Positions 52,721 to 64,000 of a stretch of DNA of 64,000 nt are shown in pieces. The DNA is from Squalus acanthias (taxonomy: Eukaryota). The notes under the pieces were generated by a model. It was not told where the DNA came from, searched no databases, and saw only the letters and a program-made list of their open reading frames with translations. The DNA is taken from positions 22,630,001 to 22,694,000 of the forward strand of contig CM059427.1 of NCBI GenBank assembly GCA_030390025.1, written 5' to 3'. A program made the translations under genes and the position numbers. The stretch's first letter is position 1, and every line of letters starts with the position of its first letter.

Positions 52721-53353
52721 ATTTCTCTTTCCACTTCACCTCAGCCATCTTATGGTCACTACTCCTACTCACCCTCATTTAACTCATCTACCTGATCAAT
52801 TTCTTTGCTCTCCTCATGTAGGCATCTGAGCATACCGTTTGAGGAAGGAGTCTGCACATATTTTAGGAATTGCATTCCCATTTATTAGTTTATTCCCTCC
52901 CTGTCCCAATCAATGAGTGGGTAATTAAAATCTAAAACAATAATTTTGTTCCGACTCATTTCCCTGATCTATCTAAAATTTCCTCTTCCATTTCCCTATC
53001 ACAATTATGGAGTCTGTCTTACAATCTCACTAATGTAACAATCCGTTTTTAAATCTTCGATCTCTGACCATATTGACTCTGTCTAAACCTCTTTTTCATG
53101 TATATCAGTCCTCTATACAGTAAATGTTTCCCTCTTTCATTACTCCTTTCTTATCTATTCTATCCCTTCTAAAAATATACTCAGATATGTTTATTTTGCT
53201 GTCCTGTCCAGTTTGCAGCCTAGTTTCTGTTAGTGCTATTAAATCTATATCTTCCTATGATAGAATTGCTTCTGATTTCCCCAGTTTGTATTTAAAGCTA
53301 TTCCTTTCCCTTGATTTCTATTTTTTGTCCAAACTAATTCCTTGTTCTTTTAT

Positions 53354-53568
53354 AAAAACAGAAAATGCTGGGAATACTCTGTAGGTCAGGCAGCATCTGT
53401 GGAGAGAGAAGCAGAGTTGACTTTTCAGTTCGACGACCTTTCTGATGAAACGACCTGAAACGTTAACTCTGTTTCTCCCTCCACAGATGCTGCCTGACCT
53501 ACAGAGTATTCCCAGCATTTTCTGTTTTTATTTCCGATTTCCAGCATCTGCAATGTTTTGCTTTTGTA
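53354..53568. mobile_element. Hairpin retroposon (Penelope-like/non-autonomous) with 14-bp target-site duplication
   Basis: 70-bp inverted arms 53352-53421 / 53462-53531 (67/70 complementary); flanking direct repeat CCTTGTTCTTTTAT at 53340-53353 and 53569-53582. Confidence 0.85.
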
Positions 53569-54019
53569 CCTTGTTCTTTTATTTCTTTTTCCTGCTTAGA
53601 ACTAGTTGATTTAAGTTTCCTCTCCTACTTCCCTTATTCCTTCTACATTCTATCCTGTTGGGTAAATTTATTTTGATTTGTAAATTAACCTCCTCTGTTT
53701 CTACCTTCTCTCTTTGCTCTTTCTGATTTCCCTATGGCTGCTTTTCCTAATTTAAATGATTCTTCACTTCCCTATTTATCCGTTTTAGCAGTTTATTAGC
53801 TCTGTTCTTGTTCATATGTAGCCCATCCATATGAAATCACACTCAACTTGCCCAAAACTGGTGCCAATGCCCCATAAAATAGAAATCCTCTTCCTAACAC
53901 CCCTTTAGCCACCTGTTGCGCTCCCTAATCTTCCTACCGTTCCCTATTCTCTCACATGGCTGAGGGTTATATGGAGAGATTATCACCCTTGAAATTGTGG
54001 GGAAGGAGCCCCACACACA

Positions 54020-54350
54020 CCTTTCTCACACAGGGAAGAAGCCCCCAACTTTCTGTCTATCTCCCTTTGTGTGCGTGTCTCTTTTTCTTCCTTTATTTCT
54101 CTCTCTCCTCGTCTCCCTTCCCCATCTCTTTGCCTACTCTGGCTTTCTTTCTCTATCTCTTTGACTCCTTGTCTCTTTTTCTCTTGTTTCTCACCTCCAC
54201 TCACTCTTGCTTGCCCCTCTCTTTCTTGTGCCTCTCTCTCTTGTGCCTTTCTCTCGCTCTCATGCCTCTTTCTCTCCTCTCTCTCGCTCTCTCTCTCCCC
54301 CAATGTGTGTCTCCTCCCTTGTCTGTCTCTCTTTTCCCTCCCCCCCCCCT
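54020..54350 (+). repeat. CT-rich low-complexity tract
   Basis: Degenerate (CT)n polypyrimidine run. Confidence 0.9.
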
Positions 54351-54437
54351 TGTTAGTGGTAAGTATACACGCTTTGCAGTCTATTATAGATTAAAAGTAA
54401 TACCTGGGTATGTGAGATGACGTAATGGAAGTAGGTA

Positions 54438-54925
54438 TAAGATAAGAACATCAGAAATAAGAGCAGGAGTAGGCCATACGCCCCTCGAGCCTGCTCTGCC
54501 ATTCAATAAAATCATGACTAATCTTCAACCTCAGCTCCACTTTCCAGCCCGATCCCCATATCCCTTGATTCCCTTAAGAGTCCAAAATCTATCGATCTCC
54601 GCCTTGAATATACTGAATGACTGAGCATCCGTAGCCCTCTAGGGTAGAGAATTCTAAAGATTCACAACCCTTTGAGTGAAGACATTTTTTCTCATCTCAG
54701 TCCTAAATGGCTGACCCCTTATCCTGAGACTATGCCCCCTAGTTCTAGATTCTCCAACCAGGGGAAACAGCCTCTCGGCATCTACCCTGTCAAATCTTCT
54801 CGGAATCTTTATGTTTTATATGTTTCAATGACATCACCTCTCATTCTTCTAAACTCCAGAGAGTATAGGCCCATTCTATTCAATCTCTTCTCATAGGACA
54901 ACCCTCTCATCCCAGGAATCAATGA
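54438..54925 (-). mobile_element. CR1 LINE 3' fragment
   Basis: AGGAGTAGGCCAT...TCTCATCTCAGTCCTAAATGGC; collinear with 56121-56580. Confidence 0.85.
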
Positions 54926-56120
54926 TACAGGAAACAAGAGTGAACTATACAGGAAGTGCGCACTATAAGCAAAAATTTTAATCTACTACCAGCAGATCTG
55001 CCCTGGCACTGGTCATGGTGGGTTAGAGTGACTATGTAAACGATGTTCCCTTGGTGGATTTCATTGTGCCATTATAAAATGTTGACATGCTGATTTAGGG
55101 TATGGTCATTATAGAATCTTGACATAAAAAACGTAACACAAAATTTATGACACAGGAAATAAACTTAATGTGAATAAAAGTGTGTGCCATACACAAGACT
55201 TTTAATGCATTGCTGGTCGATCTCCTATGTCATTGTACACAGGAAGTCGAGACCAAATATAGTATTCAAGTGAAGCAGGGTTAGAAGGCGAGGGATATTT
55301 AGACCAGGTTACACAGATATGATTCAGTCCCCTTTTTAAAATCATTTATTTTGTCTTTATATTTTCATTGTTTGCATATATAATAGCAACAGCCTATGTA
55401 AACATGTCACACAGCTCCACTGATGGGAGGGTGTAATTGCAGCATAAGTTAAGTTTCCATTCTAAGTGTAGACATAGGAATTTAAAACATTGAAAAATCA
55501 GTAAGAAGTGCATGTACACTAGGATTAATATATAATCAATATTTATCTTAATATAAGAGGGACCACATGTTGAACTACCTAGTAATGCTGTTGGAAAGAA
55601 AATATACTGGTGTGGTTCCAGAAAAAGTATTTTTATGAGCTTTCTGTTCCCTGTTCCAAGTTAAAACTTGGATGCAGGCACATTAAAGTTGTAATAAGCT
55701 ATAATTTGATACAGGCACCACTGTTCAGAATCTGAGCAGTCTCTTTTTTTGTCCCATTCTCAGCAGGGTACTTGGACAAATAACAAGTGCGCAAAAGAAT
55801 AAGAAATTACTTGCTTCATAATATGGCAGGTTCTTGAGGGGAACGGCTGTGATGAATGTGTTATAGTATCATGTTTGTTCCTGTTAGGTATTTTGTTTGT
55901 ATGGCTAGTTTTGTAAACTTTAATATTTTTGTGTACTAAATTTGAATGTAGTTTGATATGCGTGTTCTTTTTTAAAAAGTACATTCATATAGTGCCATAT
56001 CATGTCTCAAACCTTGTAAATGAATTCTCTTGAAATAAAATGATTCCTGCAGGCGTTGTTGAAAGATGTTCTGTGAGGGATCTATGTACTGTAGTAGTTT
56101 TTTTTTGAGGTGGCAGGAGT

Positions 56121-57240
56121 CACATAGAAACATAGAAGATAGGAGCAGGAGTAGGCCATTCGGCCCCTCGAGCCTGTTCCGCCATTTAATGAGATCATGG
56201 CTGATCATCCAAAATCAGTACCCTGTCCCTGCTTTCTCCCCATATCCCTTGATCCCTTTAGCCTTAAGAAATATATCTAACTCCTTCTTGAATATATTTA
56301 ATGAATTGGCCTCAACTGCCTTTTGTGGTAGAGAATTCCACAGGTTCACCACTCTCTGGGTGAAGAAATTCCTCCTCATCTCAGTCCTAAATGGCTTACC
56401 CCTTATCCTTAGACTGTGACCCCTGGTTCTGGACTCCCTCGCCATCGGGAACATCCTTCCTGCATCTAATCTGTCTAGTCCTGTTAGAATTTTATAAGTT
56501 TCAATGAGATCGCCTCTCTAGCGAATATAAGCCTAATCGACCCAGTCTCTCCTCATACGTCATTCCTGCCATCCCAGGTATCAGTCTGGTGAATCTTTGC
56601 TGCACTCCCTCCATGGCAAGAACATCCTTCCTCAGATAAGGTGACCAAAACTGCACACAATACTCAAAGTGTGGTCTCACCAAGGCCCTGTACAACTGCA
56701 GCAAGACATCCTTGCTCCTGTACTTGAATCCTTTCGCTATGAAGGCCAACATACCATTTGCCTTTTTAACCGCCTGCTGCACCTGCATGCTTACCTTCAG
56801 CGATTGGTGCACAAGGACACCCAGGTCTCGTTGCACTTCCCCTTTTCCCAATCTATTGCCGTTCAGAGAATCTGCCTTCCTGTTTTTGCCACCGAAGTGG
56901 ATAACCTCGCATTTATCCACATTATACTGCATTTGCCATGCATCTGCCCAATCACCCAACCTGTCCAAATCATACTGGAGTTTCTCTGCATCCTCCTCAC
57001 AGCACACACGCCCAGCCAGCTTTGTCTAGATCATTAATATATATTGTGAATAGCTGGGGTCCTAGCACCGATCCCTGCGGTACCCCACTAGTCATTGCCT
57101 GCCACTCGGAAAAAGACCCGTTTATTCCAACTCTTTGCTTCCTGTCTGCCAACCAGTTCTCTATCCAAGTCAGTACCTTACCCCCAATCCCGTGTGCTTT
57201 AACTTTGCACGCTAATCTCTCATGCGGGACCTTATCGAAT
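56121..57240 (-). mobile_element. CR1 LINE 3' 1.1 kb (RT C-terminus)
   Basis: LQYDLDRLGDWADAWQMQYNVDKCEVIHFG...LYRALVRPHFEYCVQFWSP and TRGHSLRIRGKPFRTEMRRNFFTQRVVNLWNSLP. Confidence 0.93.
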
Positions 57241-57844
57241 GGATGGATTTTATAATTTTATAAATCCTTTGTTTAATTGGAACATTGATTTGGGACTTTT
57301 TTTGTGGAAGCATGGAGAATTTTTGAGTGCTGTATAGTTTAAAAGCTGATACCAACTGCAGTGTTTTTTCCCCTTTCTGTGCTTGTGATGAAAGTAAATC
57401 GGTCGTTTATGCAGAGTTGAATATAGGATATAAATCATGAGTTAATGTCAATGAGCAACATTTACAATTTTTTAGGTGCGTTAACATTTTGGTGTGGAGG
57501 ATACTTGTACATATGGTGAGGTCATGTGGTAATTTTTATCATTTTATAATGCAGTGTGCCATCAGGTTTGTGAAGTGATTGGTGTCGCTATTTGACCGAT
57601 TTCATGTCTGCGTACACGACTGATGCTATTTCATCCCAAAAACGTTCAGATGGTTACTCGTTGGCAGTCTATCTCACCTTCAAACCTAAGCCATCTGTAG
57701 AGAGGTCACGCCTATTGTATAAGGAGCTGTGAATGTTATTGATAGTAATGCACAGTACAAAAGGGTTCTTTTGGACATTTGTAATTATTTGAATATATAT
57801 TTTCATTGTGTCTTTTTTAACACTTATTTTTTCTTTTAATTCAG

Positions 57845-57886
57845 GCAAAACCTTCCACTATAGAAGTATTAGAAAAAATTGACAAG
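57845..57886 (+). CDS. LNPK: Lnpk second coding exon (42 nt)
   Basis: Polypyrimidine tract plus ttcag|GCA AAA CCT TCC ACT ATA GAA GTA TTA GAA AAA ATT GAC AAG|GTATAA = AKPSTIEVLEKIDK, compared with human TKPSTVEVLESIDK; phase 0 matches the previous exon. Confidence 0.92.
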
Positions 57887-58074
57887 GTATAATTTTTCTT
57901 CAATATTACATTTTTTAAATAGTTTAGTCAATTATTTTGGTTTGGTTTTAAATGCTACTGTATTTGCAACTCTAATATTTCATCCCCAGGATTGTTTCTA
58001 ATTTAAGATTTCACCACAACTGCAGGCCACTTATTATGTATTATGCCGCAATTTTGCTCTGAGTGGCTATATCA

Positions 58075-58977
58075 GGGCGGCCGGTGACGCCCGGCCCCGT
58101 GGTGGGGCGGCAGGTGACGCCCGGCCCCGTGGTGGGGCGGCCGGTGACGCCCGGCCCCGTGGTGGGGCGGCCGGTGACGCCCGGCCCCGTGGTGGGGCGG
58201 CCGGTGACGCCCGGCCCCGTGGTGGGGCGGCCGGTGACGCCCGGCCCCGTGGTGGGGCGGCCGGTGACGCCCGGCCCCGTGGTGGGGCGGCCGGTGACGC
58301 CCGGCCCCGTGGTGGGGCGGCCGGTGACGCCCGGCCCCGTGGTGGGGCGGCCGGTGACGCCCGGCCCCGTGGTGGGGCGGCCGGTGACGCCCGGCCCCGT
58401 GGTGGGGCGGCCGGTGACGCCCGGCCCCGTGGTGGGGCGGCCGGTGACGCCCGGCCCCGTGGTGGGGCGGCCGGTGACGCCCGGCCCCGTGGTGGGGCGG
58501 CCGGTGACGCCCGGCCCCGTGGTGGGGCGGCCGGTGACGCCCGGCCCCGTGGTGGGGCGGCCGGTGACGCCCGGCCCCGTGGTGGGGCGGCCGGTGACGC
58601 CCGGCCCCGTGGTGGGGCGGCCGGTGACGCCCGGCCCCGTGGTGGGGCGGCCGGTGACGCCCGGCCCCGTGGTGGGGCGGCCGGTGACGCCCGGCCCCGT
58701 GGTGGGGCGGCCGGTGACGCCCGGCCCCGTGGTGGGGCGGCCGGTGACGCCCGGCCCCGTGGTGGGGCGGCCGGTGACGCCCGGCCCCGTGGTGGGGCGG
58801 CCGGTGACGCCCGGCCCCGTGGTGGGGCGGCCGGTGACGCCCGGCCCCGTGGTGGGGCGGCCGGTGACGCCCGGCCCCGTGGTGGGGCGGCCGGTGACGC
58901 CGTACCCCGTGGTGGGGCGGCCGGTGACGCCGTACCCCGTGGTGGGGCGGCCGGTGACGCCTGGCCCCGTGGTGGGG
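58075..58977. repeat. GC-rich 30-bp minisatellite, ~30 copies
   Basis: Unit CCGGTGACGCCCGGCCCCGTGGTGGGGCGG; variants only in the terminal units. Confidence 0.99.
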
Positions 58978-59316
58978 TAACACCTATTCAATGCATTTCT
59001 AATACGTCGGCAATTTTATAGGTTGTGAGTTTAAATATTTTTTGCAAATTATTTAAGCTTTTACCCGTTTTTTAAGTTTACACCTGTTTATGGTTGGATG
59101 GTTAAAGAAGTGAGATGCTGGCAAAAGGATTTCCAAAAATATTTTGAATCACTTTTCATTAGTTCTCTTTCTGTTTTCCTAGATTTATTATTAGCTCTGT
59201 TTGATTCTCAATTGGTAGTTTTTGAACCTACTTGGTACTACTTGGAAAGTTTCTGTTGCCAATTGCTGCTTGTTCATTGATAGATTTCCCAACTGTTCAT
59301 AGATTTACATACAATT

Positions 59317-59410
59317 ATATAGAATGTGCAGCACAGAAACAGACCATTTGGCCCAACTGGTCCATGCCGGTATGCTCCACACAAGCCTCCTCCTGTCATA
59401 CTTCATGAAA
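59317..59410 (-). mobile_element. Short CR1/SINE 3' tail
   Basis: ATAGAATGTGCAGCACAGAAACAGACCATTTGGCCCAAC, similar to the CR1 tail at 45706. Confidence 0.55.
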
Positions 59411-61424
59411 TTTTACTAAAGCATCAAAAAATGGTGGCAATGTGGGACTTTTAAACATGCAAACTGGGAGAATGTAATTGGTTTAGCATAAGTGAGATTA
59501 AAAATATCAGCCAATCGCAAGTACCAGCAATAATGAGCATTTGCACTTCCAAAGCAGTTAATGAGCCACTGAATCACTATGAAGCTACAAAAGTTTAAGA
59601 AACATGAAGGCCTGAAGTGGAACTACAATTGTTAAAGGCACATTATTAGTTGTAATTTGCTGGTGAAAATGGTTTTGAATTCATCTCGTGCAAGTGTGAC
59701 ATTATAGTTTCAACTGTGATGGTGTAACACTTCGAGATAGGATGGATGTGCGCTAGATGTAAGATTTTTTTAACTATACTACCGGTTCTCCCATAACATT
59801 GCTTACAGTAAGTAAGAGGATGAGTTGTTGTATAAAGACAGGGGTGTTAAACCATATAACGTACAATGTATTCTCTGCTGCTAAAGTGTAGTTGTCTGCA
59901 TCTTGACGTGTCCCTTTCAGCTGAAAATGCTGTGCTCTGCTCAACTTAGTTAGAGGCTGATTCTCATGTAAAGGTCAGACTTCCTTGTTTCTTAATACTT
60001 TTATATTGGAAAAAGTGTGACTCCTGAAGTCAGTTGAAAGATAGTTTCTGTTGAGAATGATTAGCTTTCTTTTTGAAGTATATAGAAATTTGCATGTGTG
60101 ATACCTGGAGTGCGACAAAACATTTCAAAATTAATAAATAATCTCCTTGTGGAGCTCATTGTGAATTTCTCATGGTGATGAGGATCCGTACTCAATTTGT
60201 ATCTTTTTCAAAGCGCAGAATCCACAGCAGGTTGGTAGGAAAGATACAGCAGGTATGATATCGATAATTGACGTTTGGAAGCACAGGGCAGGAGTGAGGT
60301 CATGGAGTTTAGCAAATCTGGGATGGGGTTTGGACTATGCTATCAATGGGGTGTGGGGTAGTTGCAAAGTTGGGCAGAAATAGGTGGGGTGTCCCTTGGG
60401 TTTGGCAAGACTGGTGGAGGGCCTTGGGTTTTGCAGCATGTGGAATGGTCTTGGAGTTGAGTAGCATGGGCAGCAAGGGAGGGTGCTGGGGTTTGGTAGC
60501 ACCAAAGCTTTTGGTGCTGAAGTTTGACAGCAATGTGTGAAAGTCCCAGAGCCTTGCAGAATTGGGGTGGGGATCTGGTTTTTTGATAGCACTGAGGAGG
60601 GTTCCTGAGATTAGGAATGGCTCACGAGGAGTGCTGGAGTTTGCAGCACTGAGGGGAGTGTCTGGTTTTCAAAAGAACTGGGAGTTGGAATGTGAAGTTT
60701 GGCTCACTTGGGGGTTTCTTGGGTCTGTTAGCACTAGGTACATTCTGGAGTGAAAACCCCTGGGTCTGGCAGCTCTTCCACAAAAGATCTCTATCTCTGC
60801 ATCTCTCTAGTACCCACTTACCCCCGGTGTGCTCGCACAACCTGCTGCTGCCAAAACCATATCCCCTCCCCGGTATAATCTTCCCACTCTCTCTGGTCTC
60901 CCTTTGTTCCATACTACTCGCTGGTGCAAGCTACTCCTAGATGGGTGGGCAGCAGGCACTAGGTAACGGGGAATGGTGAGGGAAGTGTAATGGCGGTGGC
61001 AGCAGATGCAACTGACACTGAGTCTCTGGCAATGGTAGGTTGAGAAGGAAGATCGTAGTGAGTGAGTAAATGAGATGTGTGTGGGGATGTCTGACAGTAT
61101 TTTGGGGATTCAGGGCAGTAGAGGGTATCTGTTTCATGCCTGCTGCCCAACACCACTACTTGCTCCATATCTCCCCTTCCCTTCTCTGTTGTCCCACTCC
61201 CCAATCATGCTCATCTGAACCTCCGTTACCCAACACTGATGAAAACCAACTTGCTCGTCTAAGAACTTATTGTGCTCAGTGTATTTGCCAACTGTGTATA
61301 ATAGACTTTTAGTTCACGGCTTAGTGCTGGGAGACTAGCAGAGGCGTAAGGAGGGCTTTGCATCATACCAAGACACTTATTTAGAAGGGGTCCGTGGCAA
61401 TAACGACTGACAAAAATAGGCGGG

Positions 61425-63892
61425 GCTGGGGATATGGTAGTGTAGTTAAGAGTACTGGATTTCCACCCTAGGTAGTGGTCATCAGTTTAACCCACCACGG
61501 TGAGTAATAAAATTGAATTTAATAACTCTGATAACTTATGGGCTAGCAGCAGAAAAATATTCATGAAAGCTGCTACATTGTCTTAAAAACCCACCTCGTT
61601 CAGTAATGTCCTTCAGGCCCACTGAAGTGGTCAAGCAAGCCATTCAGTTGTAAAACAGTCACTACAATGTTCAAAAATCAAATGAACCTACTGGCTATGA
61701 CTTGGGTATTGAATCAGGGCAAGAATTAGGTAAACTCAGCCCAGTGGACTGTGCAGAATCATCCTTACTAGTATCTGGGGACTGATACTCAAGTTGGGAG
61801 AACTGTCTAATAAATTTGTCAAGTGACCACCTGTCATAGTCATACTCATGGAATCCTATTTATCAGCCAATATCCCAAACTCCTCCATCACATCCCGAGA
61901 TAGGTCTTGTCCCATCATCGGGATAGACCCACCAGAGATGGGGGCACAGTGGTATGTAGTCGGGTGGGAGTGGTCCTTTGAGTCCTTAACATTGACTCCG
62001 GGCTCCACACAATCTCATGGCTTCAGGTGAAACAAGGTCAAGGTAACCTACTGATTATCACCGAATTCCAGCCCCCACTACCCAACTGACGAAGCATTGC
62101 TCCCTGGTTTTGAACATTACTTTGAAGAAACTCCGCAGTGTCATCACTGATGGAACTGGTTGAGTCCTGAAGGATATACTGCCAGACTTAACCTGTGTCA
62201 GATGGTGAAGGAACCAGCAGTGGGAAATAACCACCTCATCCTCGCCAATCTACCTGTAGTGAATATTTCTACCCACGGTAGTGTGGGTAGGGGTGACCAA
62301 TGCACATTCTTTGTGAAGACAAAGTCTCGTCTCCTTATGGAGAACATTCTCCATTGTGTACTGTAGCACTACCATCATGCAAAGTGATGCAGACGAAGGA
62401 CAAATCTACCATCTCTAAGACATTGGGCTATATCAGCAGAATTATATACTACCACAATCTGTGACCTCATGGCCTGGCACATCTCACTCTTTGATAGCCA
62501 TCAACCTGGCAGATCAACTCTGGTTCAGTGCGAAGTGTAGAAGGGCATACCTTAGAATGAGGTACCAACCTAGTGAAGCTACCTGTATTATGAAACACAG
62601 TGGGCTATAGACAGAGCTGAACATACCCCAATCAACAGATCAGAGCAAAAAACTCTGTTGCTTGCAATCTAGAATGGTGGTGGACAGCCAGGCAACTAAC
62701 AGGAGAAAAAGACTCCATGAACATCCCCATTCTCAATCATGGTGCAGTTTAATAGGTGAGTGCAAGAGATACGGCTGAGGTGTTTACAGGTGTCTTCAGC
62801 CAAAAGGATCGTGCTTGCAAAACTACTCTGCCACCTCCTAAAGTCCCTACCATTGGAGATAACTGTGTCCAACAAATTCAGTTCATTCCACGTGACATTA
62901 AACAGTAGCTTAATGCAGTGGACACAGGGAAGGCTATGGGCCCTTGCAACATAACTGTTTTGGTGCTGAAGACCTATGCCTCAGACTTAACTACTGGAAC
63001 AACTTGGCTAGGGGAACAGCTATGACACTGGCATCTACCAGTCAATAGATTGTCCAGTTATGTCCTATTCACAAAAAAAAAAGATAGATCTAACCTGGCC
63101 AATTACTGCCTCATCAATCATAAGTAAGTGTTGGAAGAAGGCATCAATAGTGCCATCAAGCGACACCTCACTGACGCTCAGTTCAGGTTCCACCAGATTC
63201 ACTTTGCTCCGGACCTCATCACAGCCTTGATCCAGACTAAATGCATAAGCAGAGTTCTAGAGGAGAGATGAGAGTAGCTGGCCTCTACACCAAGGCAGTA
63301 TTTGACTGAGTGTGGCAGCAAGGAGTCCTAGCAAAAGTGAAGCTAGTTGGGACAAAAGAAAAACCCCTCCAGGGGTTGGAGTCATACTTGTGACTCGGGA
63401 AGATGGTTGAGCTTGTCGGAGGTTAATCATTGCAGCACCAGGAAATTGGTGAAGAAGTTCCTCGGAAGCGTCCTTGGTCCAACCTTCGGTTGCTTCATCA
63501 ATGACTTTCCCTCCATCATAAGGCCAGGCGTGAGGATGTTTGCTCACGATTCTATATTGTTCAGCTCCATTCACAACCCCTCTGATAATGAAGTAACTCA
63601 TGCCAGCCTACAGCAAGATTTGACGACATCCAGGCTTGGGCTGACGAGTGGCAGGTACCATACATGCCATGTAAGTGCCAACAAGAGAAAACGTAACCAC
63701 ACTGCTGATCTTCAATGGTACCACCATTGCTATCTCCCACAGTCAACATCTTGTGCAGACCATTGACCCGAAGCATAACTGGACCAGCCATACCAATATT
63801 GGCTACAAAAGCAAAGGCTGGGTACTCTGTGATGAGTGGCTCACCACCTGACTCATCAAAGTCTCCCCACCATCTACAAAGCTCAAGACCAG
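61425..63892 (+). mobile_element. Old, long CR1/L2-clade LINE (endonuclease and RT remnants)
   Basis: Endonuclease-like remnants (ILMESYLSANIPNSSIT...DRPTRDGGTVV) at ~61770-62030; RT GSVLGPTFGCFINDFPSIIRPGVRMFAHD at ~63465-63550; homologous to the minus-strand copies at 47 and 52 kb. Confidence 0.8.
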
Positions 63893-64000
63893 TGTCATTT
63901 TAAACCTTTCCCTTTCCCACAGGAACAACTTAATTTACCTACTAGATGTCCCTGATGTATAGGGCTGCACCGCCTCCTTTTCTGTTGACTTGTATTTTTG

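Noticed and set aside
53956-54420. Leu/Ser-rich and Glu/Arg-rich ORFs
   Set aside because: Translations of the CT-rich low-complexity tract.
58041-58991. Three ~300-aa ORFs (TGRPTTGPGV)n, (GRPVTPGPVV)n, (HRPPHHGAGR)n
   Set aside because: By-products of a stop-free 30-bp tandem repeat; no synonymous variation. Not a CRISPR array either, as there are no spacers.
60300-61200. G/T-rich region with several short ORFs
   Set aside because: Looks like decayed low-complexity or repeat sequence; I could not assign a family, and the next Lnpk exon was not found here.

Overview
Vertebrate genomic DNA, almost certainly a shark or other cartilaginous fish, judged from the intact three-exon HoxD14 and the shark-type SINE/LINE repeats. 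The window holds the 5' (posterior) end of the HoxD cluster. On the minus strand are HoxD11 (1145-2544), HoxD12 (9292-10854), HoxD13 (16392-17697) and an intact HoxD14 with a split homeobox (25651-27407). On the plus strand are Evx2 (31670-34348) and the 5' end of Lnpk/lunapark (CpG-island promoter ~43.1 kb, coding exons 44403-44429 and 57845-57886). All splice junctions were read by hand and are phase-consistent. The first ~43 kb is nearly transposon-free and carries regulatory-looking blocks: a CTCF core, recurrent DR0/TCAAGGTCA nuclear-receptor sites, Pbx/Hox/Meis sites, a (GA)n block and palindromic elements. The Lnpk introns are packed with CR1/L2-type LINE fragments, a DeuSINE, a hairpin retroposon and a very homogeneous GC-rich 30-bp minisatellite. 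Two short N-gaps lie at 37771-37934 and 38496-38675. Family assignments are from recognition only; no database search was run.
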